NCBI RefSeq assembly: GCF_009914755.1
Contig: NC_060929.1
Source: the human T2T-CHM13v2.0 reference genome, Homo sapiens
Direction: 5' to 3' (one strand)
Length of the DNA: 64,000 bases
Below the pieces are notes generated by a model. That model saw only the letters and a program-made list of their open reading frames with translations. It was not told the origin of the DNA and ran no database searches. A program made the position numbers and the translations under genes. Shown here one piece after another: positions 13,490 through 27,480 of this stretch (positions are counted from its first letter, which is position 1; each line of letters starts with the position of its first letter).

Positions 13490-14300
13490 CATTAATCCGT
13501 GTGGCGTCCCCAGATCAGCCACAGCCACCACAAGTACGTGGCGACTTGGCCGCGGGCACATTCATGCAGATGAAATGGGAATTTAACAACGTCTCAGGGC
13601 GAATGCCTGTTGTCCTTTTTTTTAAGTGTGTCACATGATCGCGCTGTGTGACATCGCAAATCTCCATCTCGGCTTTGTTGGCCTCTATGCATGAATAATT
13701 TTCCCAGTGCTTGTTTTTAGTGCAGCCAGAAAAAGAGCGCATTACCGGCGCGCAATCTCTTGTTGTCCGCGATCAGCATTCTGTGGGTCTGAGCTGGCTT
13801 ACAACGGTGTAAAGACCCCAGCGGCATGTGTTATAATATATGAGCCATTGTCCCCCTGAAGAACGCACGAAAGAAAGAGCATTGTTCTACCAGGGAGCAA
13901 TTCAGCGGGTTTTTCCCAGAGACTCTTGGGTCAAGTTTTTATAGGCCTATTTGATTTTCAAATTCTTCCTTACGCTCTTTCCTCTCCGCGCGCATAGTGT
14001 CCAAACTTGTCTACATTCACTTCCCATGTTCCGTGCATGGTAGATGGCCTTTAAAAAGAGTATCTCAAATAAGTCTTTATTCGTGTTTTGTTGGGTCTCA
14101 CTCTGTGTTTTCATGAACTCCGGCCCCAGCCATGGCAACTGCAAGAAAATGTTAACAATGATTGACAGGATTAGAAAAGCCTCCGTCCCTATCCGCATTT
14201 CAAACACTTTGGGAACAATGGTGTTTGGTGTGATTGAATTAATGAGATACCATGGGCTGTCAAAAGAGCACACAGACTTTACATAAACCTGATTATCTTT
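13490..14300. promoter_or_regulatory. Candidate conserved non-coding element / enhancer, CpG-enriched
   Basis: Repeat-free block with many CpGs (gcgcgc, cgcg), TAAT/ATTA cores, TGACA/TGTCA sites, ACAAT (SOX-type) and ATGCATGAAT motifs; function inferred only. Confidence 0.4.
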
Positions 14301-14518
14301 GCATGGCAGAAACGGAAAAAAAAATATAGGGGAGAGTGCAGTTTGGCTTTCACGCCTACCTCCAAAGGAGCTTGGAAGGCCGGGCCTGCTCCGTCAGAGG
14401 GGCCGCTCAGCTGGCCGGGCCTCCCTCCGTCGGCATACATCAGCCATGGTATTTAACAAGTCTATTCAGGAAACCAGGCCCCAAACAGCCTTCTTTCACA
14501 ACTCGGCACCTCTGTGGG

Positions 14519-14550
<32 letters not shown>

Positions 14551-16109
14551 CCCTGGGAGCCATTGTTCAAGAACACATTTCAACAATTAGACCTGAGCCT
14601 GCGGCCCCTGCCCCGTCCTCACCCTGCCAAGAGGCGGAGGCCTGGGTCCCGACCATCACAGTGTTTAAAGGTCGGGCCTAGCCGGTGCAGACGTTAAGTC
14701 ATGGAGGACACCAGCAAGAACCCTGTTTATGGATGGGCGTCCGCTCTGATGATCAGGAGTTCTGCGTGGTGCCTGAAGTCCTTGGCTGAAGCTGCGTGTT
14801 GTATTGGGGAAATGAGGATGAGCCTCTAAATATGATTCAGTTTCTTACAGAGAGCAGAGCGACCATCTCCCTTCTGGGACACCTTCCACTGAGAGAGCAC
14901 CTGAACCGGGCTTGCAAAGTTCCCTGTGAAAAGCCCCCAGAGCTGAGAGCAGGTACATAATCCCATCTCATCATTTACAGATATGGCTTAGGCACCCAGA
15001 GAGCACCAGCGACTCAGCTGGTGGAGACCCACAAGGCTTGGGAAGAGCGGTGGCTCCTGGGTCTGCACCTCACCGCCTGTGCTGGCACCATCTTAAGAGT
15101 AAAGCTCACTCAAAGTCACAAAGAAGCAAGTGAGCAAAGGGATACGGGAGACTGTCTTCCAGCCCCAGCACAGTCCCTGAGCACCTTTGCTTCTGCAGCT
15201 GCCATTGTGGCTCACAATCACGGAGCGACGTCTGAGAGCAGCCACACCAGTTGAGATCACGGAACTATGTCTGAGAGCAGCCATGCCAGTTGAGAAGGCC
15301 ACGCTGCTCCACTCTAGTAAACACCACGCAAAGTAGAGTGAGGAAGGACCAGGGAAGAGAGCGGCATCTGCAAAACTAGGGCGGATCTCAGCTGTGCCCA
15401 CCACATGCTGCTGGTCACCTTTCCTGCAGAGGCAAGAACCCAAGCCGGCTTTCCAGTCACAGAACAGTTCCACAGACACTTCGCTGGCCAGCGCCTCTAC
15501 TTTATCCTCAGTCCACCGATTAAATGTGACAGGTGCACACACACAGGGGAGGAGGTGTAACTTGGGTCTTTGGACATGGCCCTTCTTTCCAGAGTGAACT
15601 TGGGGCTGCTAGAGCCTGGGTCCCTGTGGATGGGCGGCTGGAGGCCCGGAGGCCCCAGCACAGCTCTGGAGAAGTGCATGCTCCAGGATTGACATCTGCA
15701 CCTGTGTGTGAAGCTCCTCTCCCCACTCCCTTTCAGAGCCTAAGAACAGCCTGGGGACTCTGAATTCATCCTTGGCATGACACCCGACAGCAAGGCCTGC
15801 TCCCGGCCCAGCCAGCAGATGTCCCTGTTTCACACAGGGTCCTGGATCCGGCCACCGTCCTCCCCGGCCGGCAGCATCCCAGGTCTGCTAACCCGCCGGA
15901 CGGGGCAAGCGGGAAGGCCGCTTCAGCTCTTTCTCACGCAGAGGGGAGGGTGGGCTGCCCCCAGGAGCCAGAGAATCAGGGATTCTCTCATGGAGTTCCT
16001 GATCAGGAAAGCTACAAAGTGACAGCAGCGATGCTGTCAGTGGAAAGAGAAACGGAAATTTGTTGGGTATTGTATTTAAATTTTTACCTGCTTGGTAAAG
16101 TTACATTCA

Positions 16110-19095
16110 ACACCAATAAAAAGGAACTGCACTCATACAGAAACTAAGTCCATACAGGAACTACTATATCCACGTTGGAACTATACTCATATAGGAAATA
16201 TATCCATATAGGAACTACTATGTCCATATGGAAATGATACCCATCTAAGAAATACAGCCATATAGGAACAATAACCATATAGGAAAGATACCCATAGAGG
16301 AACTATATCCATACAGAAACGATACTCATACAGGAACAATATCCATATAGGAATGATACCCATACAGGAACTGTATCCATATAGGTATGATGCCAACACA
16401 GGAGCTATATACATATAGGAACAATATCTGTAAAGGAACTGTATCCATATAGGAATGATACCCATACAAGAACTCTATCCATATAGGAATGAAACCTATA
16501 CAGGAACTGTATCCATATAGGAACGATACCCATACAAGAACTGTATCCATATAGGAATGAAACCTATACAGGAACTGTATCCATATAGGAACGATACCCA
16601 TACAAGAACTGTATCCATATAGGAATGAAACCTATACAGGAACTACGTCCATATAGGAATGGTACCCATACAAGAACTGTATCCATATAGGAATGAAACC
16701 TATACAGGAACTGTATCCATATAGGAATGATACCCATACAAGAACTGTATCCATATAGGAATGATACCCATACAAGAACTGTATCCATATAGGAATGAAA
16801 CCTATACAGAAACTATGTCCATATAGGAATGATACCCAAACAGAAGCTATATTCATATAGGAACAATACCCATACAGGAACTGTATCCATACAGGAACGA
16901 TACCCCTAGAGAAACTATATCCCATACAGAAACGATAGCCATACAAAATCTATATCCATATAGGAACTATATTCATATAGGAACGATACCTGTCCAGGAA
17001 CCATATCGATATAGGAACAATACCCATAGAGGAACTATATCCTTATAGGAATGATATTCATACAGGAACTGTAGCCATATAGGAATGATACCCATGCATA
17101 AACTATATCCATATAGGAACAATACCCATAGAGAAACTATATCCATATAAGAAAGATACCCATACAGGAACTATATCCATATAGGAACGATACCCATACA
17201 GGAAGTATATCCCTATACAGGAACTATATCGATATGGGAACAATATCCATACAGGAACTATATACATATAGGAATGATATCCACAGAAGAACTATATCTA
17301 TATAGGGATAATACCCATACAGGAACTATATCCATACAGGATGATACCCATACAAGAATTACATCTACACAGAACTATACCCTTAGGGGAACTATATCCC
17401 CATACAGGAATAATACCCTTACAGAAATTATATCCATATAGGAATGATACCCATAAAGAACTATATCCATATAACAACGATATCCATACAGGAACGATAT
17501 ACATATAAGAACTATATCCATATAGGAACAATACCCATACAGGAACTATATCCATATAGGAGTGATAACCACACAGAAACTATATCCATATAGGAATGAT
17601 ACCCATAAAGGAACTGTACCCATATACAAATGATACCCATACAAAAATTGTATCCACATAGGAACGATACCCATACAGGCACTATGTCCATATAGCAACG
17701 ATAACCATACAGAAACTATATTTATATAGGAATGATGCCTATACAGAAACTATATCCATATAGGAATGATACTTATACAGAAACTGTATCCATGTAGGAA
17801 CAATAGCCATACAGGAACTATATCCATACAGCCACTACGTCCATATAGCAACGATACCCATACAGGAACTATGTCCATATAGGTATGATACCCATACAGA
17901 AACTATATCTATATAGGAATGATACCTATAAAAGAAACTATCCATATAGCAACGATACCCATACAGGAACTGTATCCATATAGGAATGATACCTATACAG
18001 AAATTGTATCTATACAGGAACTATACCCTTAGAAGAACTCTATTTATACAGGATGATACCCATACAGGAACTATATCCATATAGAAACGATACCCAGATA
18101 GGAACTATATCCATATAGGAATGATACCCATATAGGAACTACATCCATACAGCAATGATACCCATAGAGGAACTATACTCATGTAGGAACGCTACCCATA
18201 CAGGAACTGTATCCATACAGGATGATACCCATACAGGAACTATATCCATACAGGAACTATACCCACACAGGAACTATATCCCTATACAAGAACAATACTC
18301 ATACAGGAACTATACCCATATAGGAACAATATCCATACAGAAACTATATTTATGTAGGAATGATATGCATACAAGAACTATATCCATATAGCAATGAGAC
18401 CCATACAGGAACTGTATCTACAGAGGAACAATACCCATACGAGAACTATATCCATATAGGACCGATACCCATACAGGAACTGTATCCATATAGGAATGAT
18501 ACAATACCCATATAGGAATGTATCCATATAGGAATGATACCCCTAGAGGAACTATATCCCAGTAGGACTGATACCCATATAGGAGCTATATTTATAGAAG
18601 AACGATATCCATACAGGAACTATATCCATATAGGAACGATGCTCATAAAGGAACTATATCCATATAGGAATGATACCCACAGAGGGACTATATCCATATA
18701 GGAATGATTGCAATACAGGAACTATATCCATATAGGAATTATACCCATACAGGAACTATATTGATATAGGAATGATCCCATGTAGGAACTATATCCATAT
18801 AGGAACGGTACCCACACAGTAACTATATCCATGCAGGAACTATATCTATACAGGAACTATATCCATACAGGAACTATATCCACACAGGAACTATATCCAC
18901 ACAGGAACTATACCCACACAGGAACTATATCCACACAGGAACTGTATCCATGCAGGAACTATATCCATACAGGAACTATATCCATACAGGAACTATATCC
19001 ATACAGGAACTGTACCCACACAGGAACTGTACCCACACAGGAACTATACCCATACAGGAACTGTATCCATACAGGAACCCTGTCACACAGGAAAG
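16110..19095. repeat. ~3-kb minisatellite, 17-bp unit (ccatacaggaactatat) with 34-bp dimer organisation
   Basis: Continuous alternation of 'ccatataggaatgatac' and 'ccatacaggaactatat'; monomeric at 18820-19075. Confidence 0.97.
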
Positions 19096-20087
19096 GAACT
19101 CTCTGTCATTAGTCCGTGGAATCTATTTGTTAGTCTTGTACTTTTATGTTTAAAAATGTTTAGTTTTTACTTTTAGGAAAAATGATTGTCTCATTATAAA
19201 TAATAAAGCTTGTTACAGAAAATTTTAAAAAGTTACAGTATTTAAGTTCTATTTTAAAATTTCATAATTTAACAATTGTGAAATTGTTTTATGTAATAGG
19301 GTAAAATATACATTAGAATTTGCTTTCACACCTTTATTTTATTGTGATGAAAGCTCTCTGAAAATTATTTTATTTTTAAGGTCACAAGATATTGCTGTTG
19401 TTCACCTTTTATAGATTTGTAAGTTGAAAGCTTGGCAAACAGGTTTTTTTTTAAAATTATACTTTAAGTTTTATTAGTCTATATCGTGATCTCTTTATGT
19501 TAAAGTCATTTTAGACACTTCTAGGCATTTGAGCTCCCAGAGACATGTCTGACTAGCGGTACAGCCTCAAAAACTTAATGTTGTTATTGAAATAATGCGG
19601 TTTCAGAATTTGGAACAAAAAATGTCCTTGAGATAAAACCCTTCACTCCAGTATTATCAAACGAATCTGTTAGGGCTTTTATAACTGTAGCTAATGTTTG
19701 CCGAGTGATTTAAAGCGAGCACATTCCAATAAAATAATATTTGTTACTAAAGAACTGTTTTAAGAAAGGGATTGAGACTGCTCTTTTCTGTGGAGTTTTA
19801 TGAAACTGAGGCACAAATAATTTCCAGTGGGCACACAGAAGGTTTCACGGAAAGAACTCTGGACTTAGGTCTCCTGAGAGCCCATTGTCACTGCCGGTTC
19901 CTCACAGTGGAGTTGCAGTGCTATTTACATGTGGCTGGTTCTTCCTGCTTCACACTACGTTTCCTTGGGTTGGTCACACTTAAAAAATACTTTGGATGAT
20001 TATAAAGCCTTTAAACAGACTTTCAAAGACTGCTGTCAGCACATTGAACTGCCTTGTTAGTTCAGGTAAGGCCCCCAGTGAGGAGGT

Positions 20088-20164
20088 GGATATCAGTCCT
20101 ACTTGGATATAGTTTCTGTAGGAGTATCATTCCTATATGGATATAGTTCCTGTATGGGTATTGT
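20088..20164 (-). repeat. Inverted isolated copy of a segment of the 16.1-19.1 kb minisatellite
   Basis: Reverse complement aligns to 18501-18576 including the rare variant 'agtaggactgata'. Confidence 0.85.
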
Positions 20165-20345
20165 TATGGGTGCTCAATGTCTGTCTCTGGTCGTGAGAGA
20201 GAAAGCCTTCCTCAGGACTGGCTCTTGTCACCCACCTGTCCAGGGCGGCCTCTGCCTCTTCATGCTGCCCCTTGTCCACCAGGTACCTAAAGAGGCTGCT
20301 CCAACCGCCCTTCTGGTCCTCTGGTTTCTGGTCAGGTCTAGCCAG

Positions 20346-20681
20346 TGAGGAGGTGGAGAGGCTGGAGGGTGTGCAGAGAGGGCCCAGGTGCCCAGCCCCC
20401 CAGAGAGGAGGCAGAGAGGCCAGAGGGTGGGCAGAGAGGGGCCTGGAGTCCATCCCCCCCATGAGGAGGCAGAGAGGCCAGAGGATGGGCAGAGAGAGGC
20501 CAGGTGTCCAGCCCCCCAGAGAGGAGGCAGAGAGGCTGGAGGATGGGCAGAGAGAGGCCAGGTGTCCAGCCCCCAGCGAGGAGGCAGAGGGGCCGGAGGG
20601 TGGGCAGAGAGAGGCCAGGTGTCCAGCCCCCCAGAGAGGAGGCAGAGGGGCTGGAGGGTGGGCAGAGAGAGGCCAGGTGTG
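20346..20681. repeat. G-rich VNTR, ~58-bp unit, ~6 copies
   Basis: Repeated 'gaggaggcagagaggcyrgagggtgggcagagagaggccaggtgtccagcccccca'. Confidence 0.95.
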
Positions 20682-23600
20682 CCGCTCCGACTCTTCCTGC
20701 AGGGACGCCCTCCCTGCTCTGCTGAGGACTCTTCCTCTGGCCCTCGAGCCCTGGGTGGACATGGATCCCTGCTAGGCCTGGCTTCCAGATGGGGCTTTTC
20801 CTATCTGAAGTGGTTTCCTGCCCTGCCCAAACTTGGCAGCAGGCTCCATGTAGTAAGCCCCCAACTCACGTGTGGGATGCCACCTGTTTTCTGCCAGGGC
20901 ACTGTGGTATGGTCCAGTAGTGCCACTGTGTCCTCATAGGCAGCTCTGCAGTTGGGGGGTCCCAAACCATGGGGGGTAGGCTGCTCCGACACAGGTTCCC
21001 CAGGGTAAGGGAGGGGCTCCAGGATGGTGACGTCCCGTCTCAGCAGGTGTATGTTCTCACCTGCAGACTGCATTGTAGGCCTTCCAGCCAGCCTCCTCGC
21101 TGGGGGCATTCCATAGCTCTTGTGTCTTACACGAAAACACCCGGGTGGCAGGTCCATATCCTGGAGCTGCCCACCCCTCCCCAGGCTCAGGCTAGACTCT
21201 GCTGCAGACTTTGGGACCAGGAAGGGGAGGGGCCGGTCTCAATGCAAAGGCTGACCTAAGACAGCTGCCCCGGAAGGACCTGCAGCACCTCCTCAGGTGC
21301 TTCTAATGTGAGGCAAGTGAGACCACACAGGTGGGTCGGGGACTGGGAGCTGAGATGCATGAGTGAGGGAGGGGGTCTTTAAGGGCCCCCAGGTTGGGGG
21401 GCCACAGCCTCCGTGAGGGCAGCTTTCTCGCTGCCATTCTTTGAGATCAATATAGATTGAAAACATTTTGCATGAGAACTCACTGGGTCTTGGGGGGATG
21501 GCAAGGGGGCTGTGTGGCTGAGTTAAAGCACGAGACGTGAAACGCCAGCATCACCCTGTCTCTCTCCAAACAGATGGTGCTGCGCGATCCTTTTCCAAAG
21601 TGGCTCAATTCACTAGGAAGCGGGTTCCTCAGCACAGATGTTTTGCTGTGTTTCGTATGGCAGGCTTGGGGGCTTTTATGAACATAGTGTGGCTTTAAGA
21701 CGCCAAGGACTGGGTGAGGGCAGAGTCCCTGCAGAGCGACTCAGTGTCACAGTGAGGTGAGGCCCTGAGGCTCCCACAAGCTCACAGCACACAGGAAAAA
21801 TGCTGGAAAAAGCATCAGGTGGTGTAGACATCAGACCCCAGAGGAGGTGGAGCTACCTACTCCTTGAAGATCAGTTCCCCATTTCTTAGTTAATAATCAT
21901 ACACTTGAATAATAAGAGAGAGATTAAATAAAAAGGCGATGGATTGCAAGGTGAAGAAGGGGCCAGAGGCCCAGCCAGCCAGGTCTTCCTTCCTTCTCAT
22001 GGGTGGTGAACACACCAGTGTCATCTGCAACCACCCAGCACGCTGAGGCTTCACAGACTCTGACGGGAAGACCCACCTTACCTCAGAACGCCTCAGTGTG
22101 CTTGTCCTGGGTCTGCCTAGAGGCTGGCGAGGGTGTTGTCACTCACACCCAGAACAAGTGCAGCAAGATGCCATGTGCCCTCTCTCCTTCAGGAGAGAGG
22201 GTAACGCTCATCGGTTCCCTCAGTTATGTGGGCTTTGTTTCCAGTTGTGACAAAGAGTAGCTGCTGGTATAGAACGATGCATGTTAGGCAAACTATTTGA
22301 GGCAAACTTCAGATACAGTGGGACCACTTGATGCTGTTTTTGGTTTACAAAAATAATCATATCATCTGCTCCAAAGCACAGATGAAAAATCAACAGACAC
22401 TTTCAAAGGCCACTGACAGATTTTTGTTTTAGACTTTCACTAAGAATTGTGTTCATTTTAATAACCCAAACCCCGCCCTGAGGTTGTCGTATTGAAGTCG
22501 TTCCAGCCACACGCGGATGCTGCGGCTCTGAAGGGCCTTGGATTTACAGCTAAACAGAAGTCTCGCTCAGCAGCTACTTTCACTCTTTCGACTCCATTCT
22601 TTTGAATTTCAGAGTTTTGGTTTTAGGTCTGATTTTTTCCCATGGGGAACAGAGGCTGGAAATGAATTTCTTTTCAACTTGGTTTTGGGAAGAACATTCT
22701 TTGAGCCACAGACAGTGTTCTCAGGCTTCACTGGAAATCATGAATAGATGTAATTATCACCAGCCGGACAAGGGCAGGAGAGTCTCAGTCAGCACAACAC
22801 CAGGAAAGACATGCTCTCGCACACGGCAGAGTTTGCAGAGACTCAGATGCACCCAAGTCAGCTGCTGCTCGGTTTCAGGTTGATGGGCGCTCATGGCAAC
22901 GTCGGCAACCTCACCAGGCTTTTTATTTGGGGAGCACAGGCTGCTGCTGATGCTCTCTGCTACCTGTGATCTATCCACCTCCAGGAAGGAATGCCGCTGC
23001 TGATGTCAGGCCCTGCTGTGAATCCCAGGAGGCCAAAGGGGAGGCAAGACGCCACCGGCTACCAGGTCTCCTCCTGGCCTCATCAATGGGGCGTCCAGAT
23101 CAGGGCTCCCTTTCATGGTTGTGGGGGACCCTGAGGCTTCGTGCCTGGTGGCATAAACGTGTTCAGCTGTGGCCTCATGGTCTTCAGGCAGTTTTAAATA
23201 AAGCCCGTGTTCAATTTCAAAGAGTCTTTCTTCTGCAATCAGCAAGCCTCTCCTCCTCAGTCTTTGTCTATGTAATAAAGCCAAAGTGACTCCCTGTGTT
23301 GGCAGAGGTGGGCAGGTGGGAAGCGGCAGGGAAGGGGTTAAGCAGCGTGGTGCTGCGGTTTCTCAATCAGCCCTGGGAAGCCTCGGGCCAGTTCTGCTCA
23401 TAAGGCTCTGCACAAATATTTCTTTTTCTACCAGAGGAATTCTAATTCTGCACACAGACCAGGGCCACTCAGATTATTACACATTATTAAAAATTAATTT
23501 TAAAAATGGTCTGGTTCTTGAAATGTGCTGGAGAGGTGTGTGTGTCCAAATTTGAAATTACAGCAGCAAAAAGATTGAAGGGGATCTGTACGTGGTATGG

Positions 23601-25236
23601 GAAAAATGAGCCCTGGAAAATCGCTCCTTGCATCGGACAATCGGTAGTTTTTGGTTATAGTCTCTTTATCACAGTGACTTTAAATGACTGCACTGACCTT
23701 AACATACAAGGGTAGCAATGCCCGCTTCTCTGCAGTTTTCTGGGAGTGTTAAAATGGCCAGGGGCCCGTTTGTGTCCTGGAAGTCCAGGCTGGATGTTCA
23801 ATGCCCTCGTGCTTTGACTGGAGGACGAGGTTTGCAGGCATTTGTGTGGACACTTCACTGCCTGCTCAGTTTCCACAGCCCCTTCGCTGCTGATTTTACG
23901 TTTTGCCGAGAGGACAGCTGTGGGTCCTGCTAATAAAATGTAGGGAACCCCGAGCCCTGAGACTTAGCACTGAGGGAAACAATAAGTTGAGATTGCTGGT
24001 TCTATTCTTCCACTAAAAAAGGTCAGTGCAATGGATTCGTCTAGTGAACGTCCCTGTATATTCTGAGTGTGTACATACGTGTGCCTGTACGTGCATATGA
24101 CATTCTCATCTGCTTAAGGGAATGAATGACTTAGTCCCAGTTCAATTCAGTAAGAAATCAACTCCATGCTTGCTCTACCTAAACCATCCATGGATCCAAG
24201 GCTACCATCATTGGAGAGCCTCCTCCATCCAGGTGCTTCCCGTGTGATATTCCCTGAAACCCTGTGGCAGCCCCCGGAGGCAGAGGAAGCTAACACATCA
24301 CCCAATGCCATACAGGTGGGCAGGGGCCAGCTCTGCTTTCCTACCAGAACAGTTTGAGCCTGAAGCCAGCTCCTGTGTGCCATCCTGGTCCTTCCCTGCT
24401 GGGCCAAGATTCAGTTGCCTCTGTCCCCTTGGAAGGGTTCTCCAGTGTTTCCATGAGCAGGCAGGTGAGGTAGGCTAAAAACTGAGTTTTAAACAAACAA
24501 ACAACAAAAAAATCCCATTGATAGGGTTACACAACACAAATTATCACCCTCAAATTTCAGTGGGGAAGAATGGAGACATGGAAATTGAAAATCATTCTCA
24601 TCATGATGAATGGCTTTATTGACTTTCAGTAACATCACCTGTGCCACAATCGGCTGTCAGTCCTGCATCCTGTAGCCAGCACTGTGGACAGTGCATGTTC
24701 TCATTAGCTCACCTGCCTCTGGTCAGCATATCTTACTCGGTGGTAGAGGTCAGTTTCTTCCTGGCCCAGAGTGCTGGGTCTGAAAAGACACTCTTGACCT
24801 TCATGGAGGAGAAATTAGGACGTAGAGAGGGGTGAGTGGGTTCAGGTGTCCTTCAGAGGATGGCACGTGTATCTCCTTCTGTAATTTCACAGGAAAATGG
24901 TGTGTCCAACAATATGTCTCCACAAGAAGGAGTGGGGCAATATTTCCTGGAACTTTCGTTTCTTCAGGGAGCAGTCACAATCACACCACTGTCCAGGACC
25001 CCCATGGTACTAAGCACTGGTGATTTTTCCAAGAACACGTGGCCTCCCAACTAGAAATGTGCAATCAACATGGAGGCCACAGCTGGCTTTGTAGCCCATG
25101 CAGAGCAGATCCTGAGATCCACCTGAGGTCCTCAGCACCTGCTTGGCAAGGGGCCCAGCAGAGCCATTGCTGTTCAGACGTTGCCAGCTGCATTTGTCAC
25201 CCTTGCCCTTTCTATGGGGTCTTTGTGCGGATACTT

Positions 25237-25640
25237 TGTGCATTCATTTGCTAGGGCTGCCATATCAAAGTCTGGGCAGCTTAAACAACAGAAATTTATT
25301 GCTCACAGTGTGGAGGTGGGAATCTGAGGTCTAGGTACCACCAAGGTTGGTTCCTTCTGAGGACCAGTGGGGAGACTCTGTTCCAGCCTCTCTCCTTGTA
25401 CTAGGGACAGCCGTCTTCTCTTTCAACCTTCACACGTCTCTCCTACATGTATGTCTGTGTCCTAATTCTCTGTTCTAATGTGGACACCAGTCATATTCAG
25501 TTAGGACCCACCTTAGAGACCTAATTTAAACTTAATCACTTCTTTAAATACCTTATTTCCCAAAACAGTCACATTCTGAGGTGCTAGGGGTTAGGTCTTT
25601 AACATATCAATTTCAAAGAGACAGATTTCATCCCAGAATA
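25237..25640 (-). mobile_element. MaLR LTR (MLT1B/C-like), solo
   Basis: 'ttgctagggctgccat..cttaaacaacagaaatttatt..ctcacag..ggttggttccttctgagg..acagtcacattctgaggtgctaggggttagg..aacatat' match the MLT1 consensus in reverse. Confidence 0.85.
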
Positions 25641-25888
25641 CCCCAAATAATACCCATCATAGGCAGCTGTTACAGAGAAAGCTTAAATACACAAGCCAGG
25701 CCCTGAGCCTTGGTATCTCTCAAAGACTCAGTCAGAGAACACCAGGACATTTCCTTCCAAGTCCTCCTGACTCTGACGGAATGCCAGATGTCTGAAACTG
25801 CTTTCTTTCCTTCTTGTGACTTATCACAGTCAAAGCAAAAACAGTATATTTTCATTGCATTTTAATCTGAGGTTAAACATGAGTAATG

Positions 25889-25990
25889 AAAGGAAGGGAA
25901 GGAGGGATGAGGGAAGATTAGAAGAAGGAGAAAAGGAAAGAAAAGAGGAGGGAAAGGAGGTAGGAAGGGAGGAAGGGAGGGAAGGAAGGG
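25889..25990. repeat. Polypurine (GGAA/GGGA) low-complexity tract
   Basis: Nearly pure A/G run. Confidence 0.85.
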
Positions 25991-26705
25991 CTATTGAATG
26001 CCCATTGGCTCCAGTGACATTCTAGGAGTTTTACTTCTGAGGACCTGTTATCTTTTTTAATCCCAATAACAACATTGTAAATTAGGTTATACTTTCACCG
26101 GTTTATACATGAGAAAGCTGTACTCCAGAGAATGAAGTTCAGAAGGTCAGGAGATGCTGTGCAAGGCATACTGGACCTGTCTCTAGAAAAAAGACAGTAT
26201 TCCCAACTTCAGCATCACTGGTTATCTATGAAGTGGCCTGGCCAAGTGTCTGTCTGTGAGAGGCTCTGACAAACTGCAGGTATAAGACAACTTAATTAAT
26301 ATAAATTCCTTCTTAGACAAATATCTGGATCCTAAAAGCATCTTTGTAAGCATCAGTTATTCACGACGATCACTGTTGGTGCTAGGCCAGCAGATGTAGA
26401 CTGGGCTTTGAACAACACAGTGGCTGCCTTTCCACGTTTCATCAACTCTTCCTCCAAGTCTTCAAGAGTCAGTTATATGAAGGACTCTGTGGTCATGGCT
26501 GATTGCATGGATTTTTAAATCATACCTAATGATTAGTCAAGGTCTGAGAGTGGTGCTTGTGTTGTGCATATGAAGTCTAGTCAGGAGGACACAAGGACTT
26601 CAGATGAGAAGTGAGAGATGGAATAGCTCTTGTATGCAATTTTTCTGGCAAATTTGAGTTTAGGGTGTGTAATATTTATCCATTGATTGGTTGATCTATT
26701 CGTCT

Positions 26706-27480
26706 ACCCATCCATCCATCCATCCATCCATCCATCCATCCATCCATCCATTCACCCATCCATTCACCCACTCATCCACCAACCCATCTATCTGTCCATC
26801 CATGCATCCACATATCCATCCACACATTCATCCACCCATCCATTCACTCACCCATCTACCCACACCTCCACCCATCTATGCATTCACCATCCATCCATCC
26901 ACACATCCATCCATATATCCATTCACCCACACATCTACCCATTCATCCATCCATCCACTCATCCGTCCACCTATCCATCCGTTCACCTATCCACCCATCC
27001 ATCTACCATCCATCCATCCATTCATCCACCCACTGATCCATTCATAATCCATCCATTCATCCACCCATCCATTCATCCACCCACTGATCCATTCAACATC
27101 CATCCATTCATCCACCCACCCACCCATCCATTCACCCATCATTATACCCATTCATCCCTCTATCCATACACTCATCCATTCACCATCCACCCATCCACTT
27201 ATTCACACGTCTATCCATCTATCCACCCATCCATCCATCCATTCACCTATCTACCTATCCACCGTCCATCCTTCCACCCACCCATCCATCCATTTATCCA
27301 TTCATCCACCCACACATCCACCCATCCATCCACCCACCATCCATCCATCCATTAATTCACACACCAACCACCCATCCATTCACCCACCCACTTGCCCACC
27401 CATCCATTCATCTATTCATCCATCCATCCACCCATCTGTCTATCCACCCATCCATTCATCTACCCACCTATTCATCCATC
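26706..27480. repeat. (CCAT)n-derived degenerate microsatellite
   Basis: ccatccat/ccac/tcat units over ~780 bp; source of the HPSI-repeat ORFs. Confidence 0.97.

Noticed and set aside
16187-19153. Multiple Tyr/Gly/Ile-rich ORFs on both strands
   Set aside because: Products of the 17-bp minisatellite; no splice or promoter context
20062-20072. Strong splice donor CAG/GTAAGG (similar at 57647)
   Set aside because: No linked acceptor, reading frame or transcript evidence; lncRNA exons cannot be called from sequence alone
20133-20939. Overlapping 167-209 aa ORFs
   Set aside because: Stop-free VNTR units open in several frames and both strands
26687-27355. 222-aa His/Pro/Ser/Ile-rich ORF
   Set aside because: Translation of the (CCAT)n microsatellite
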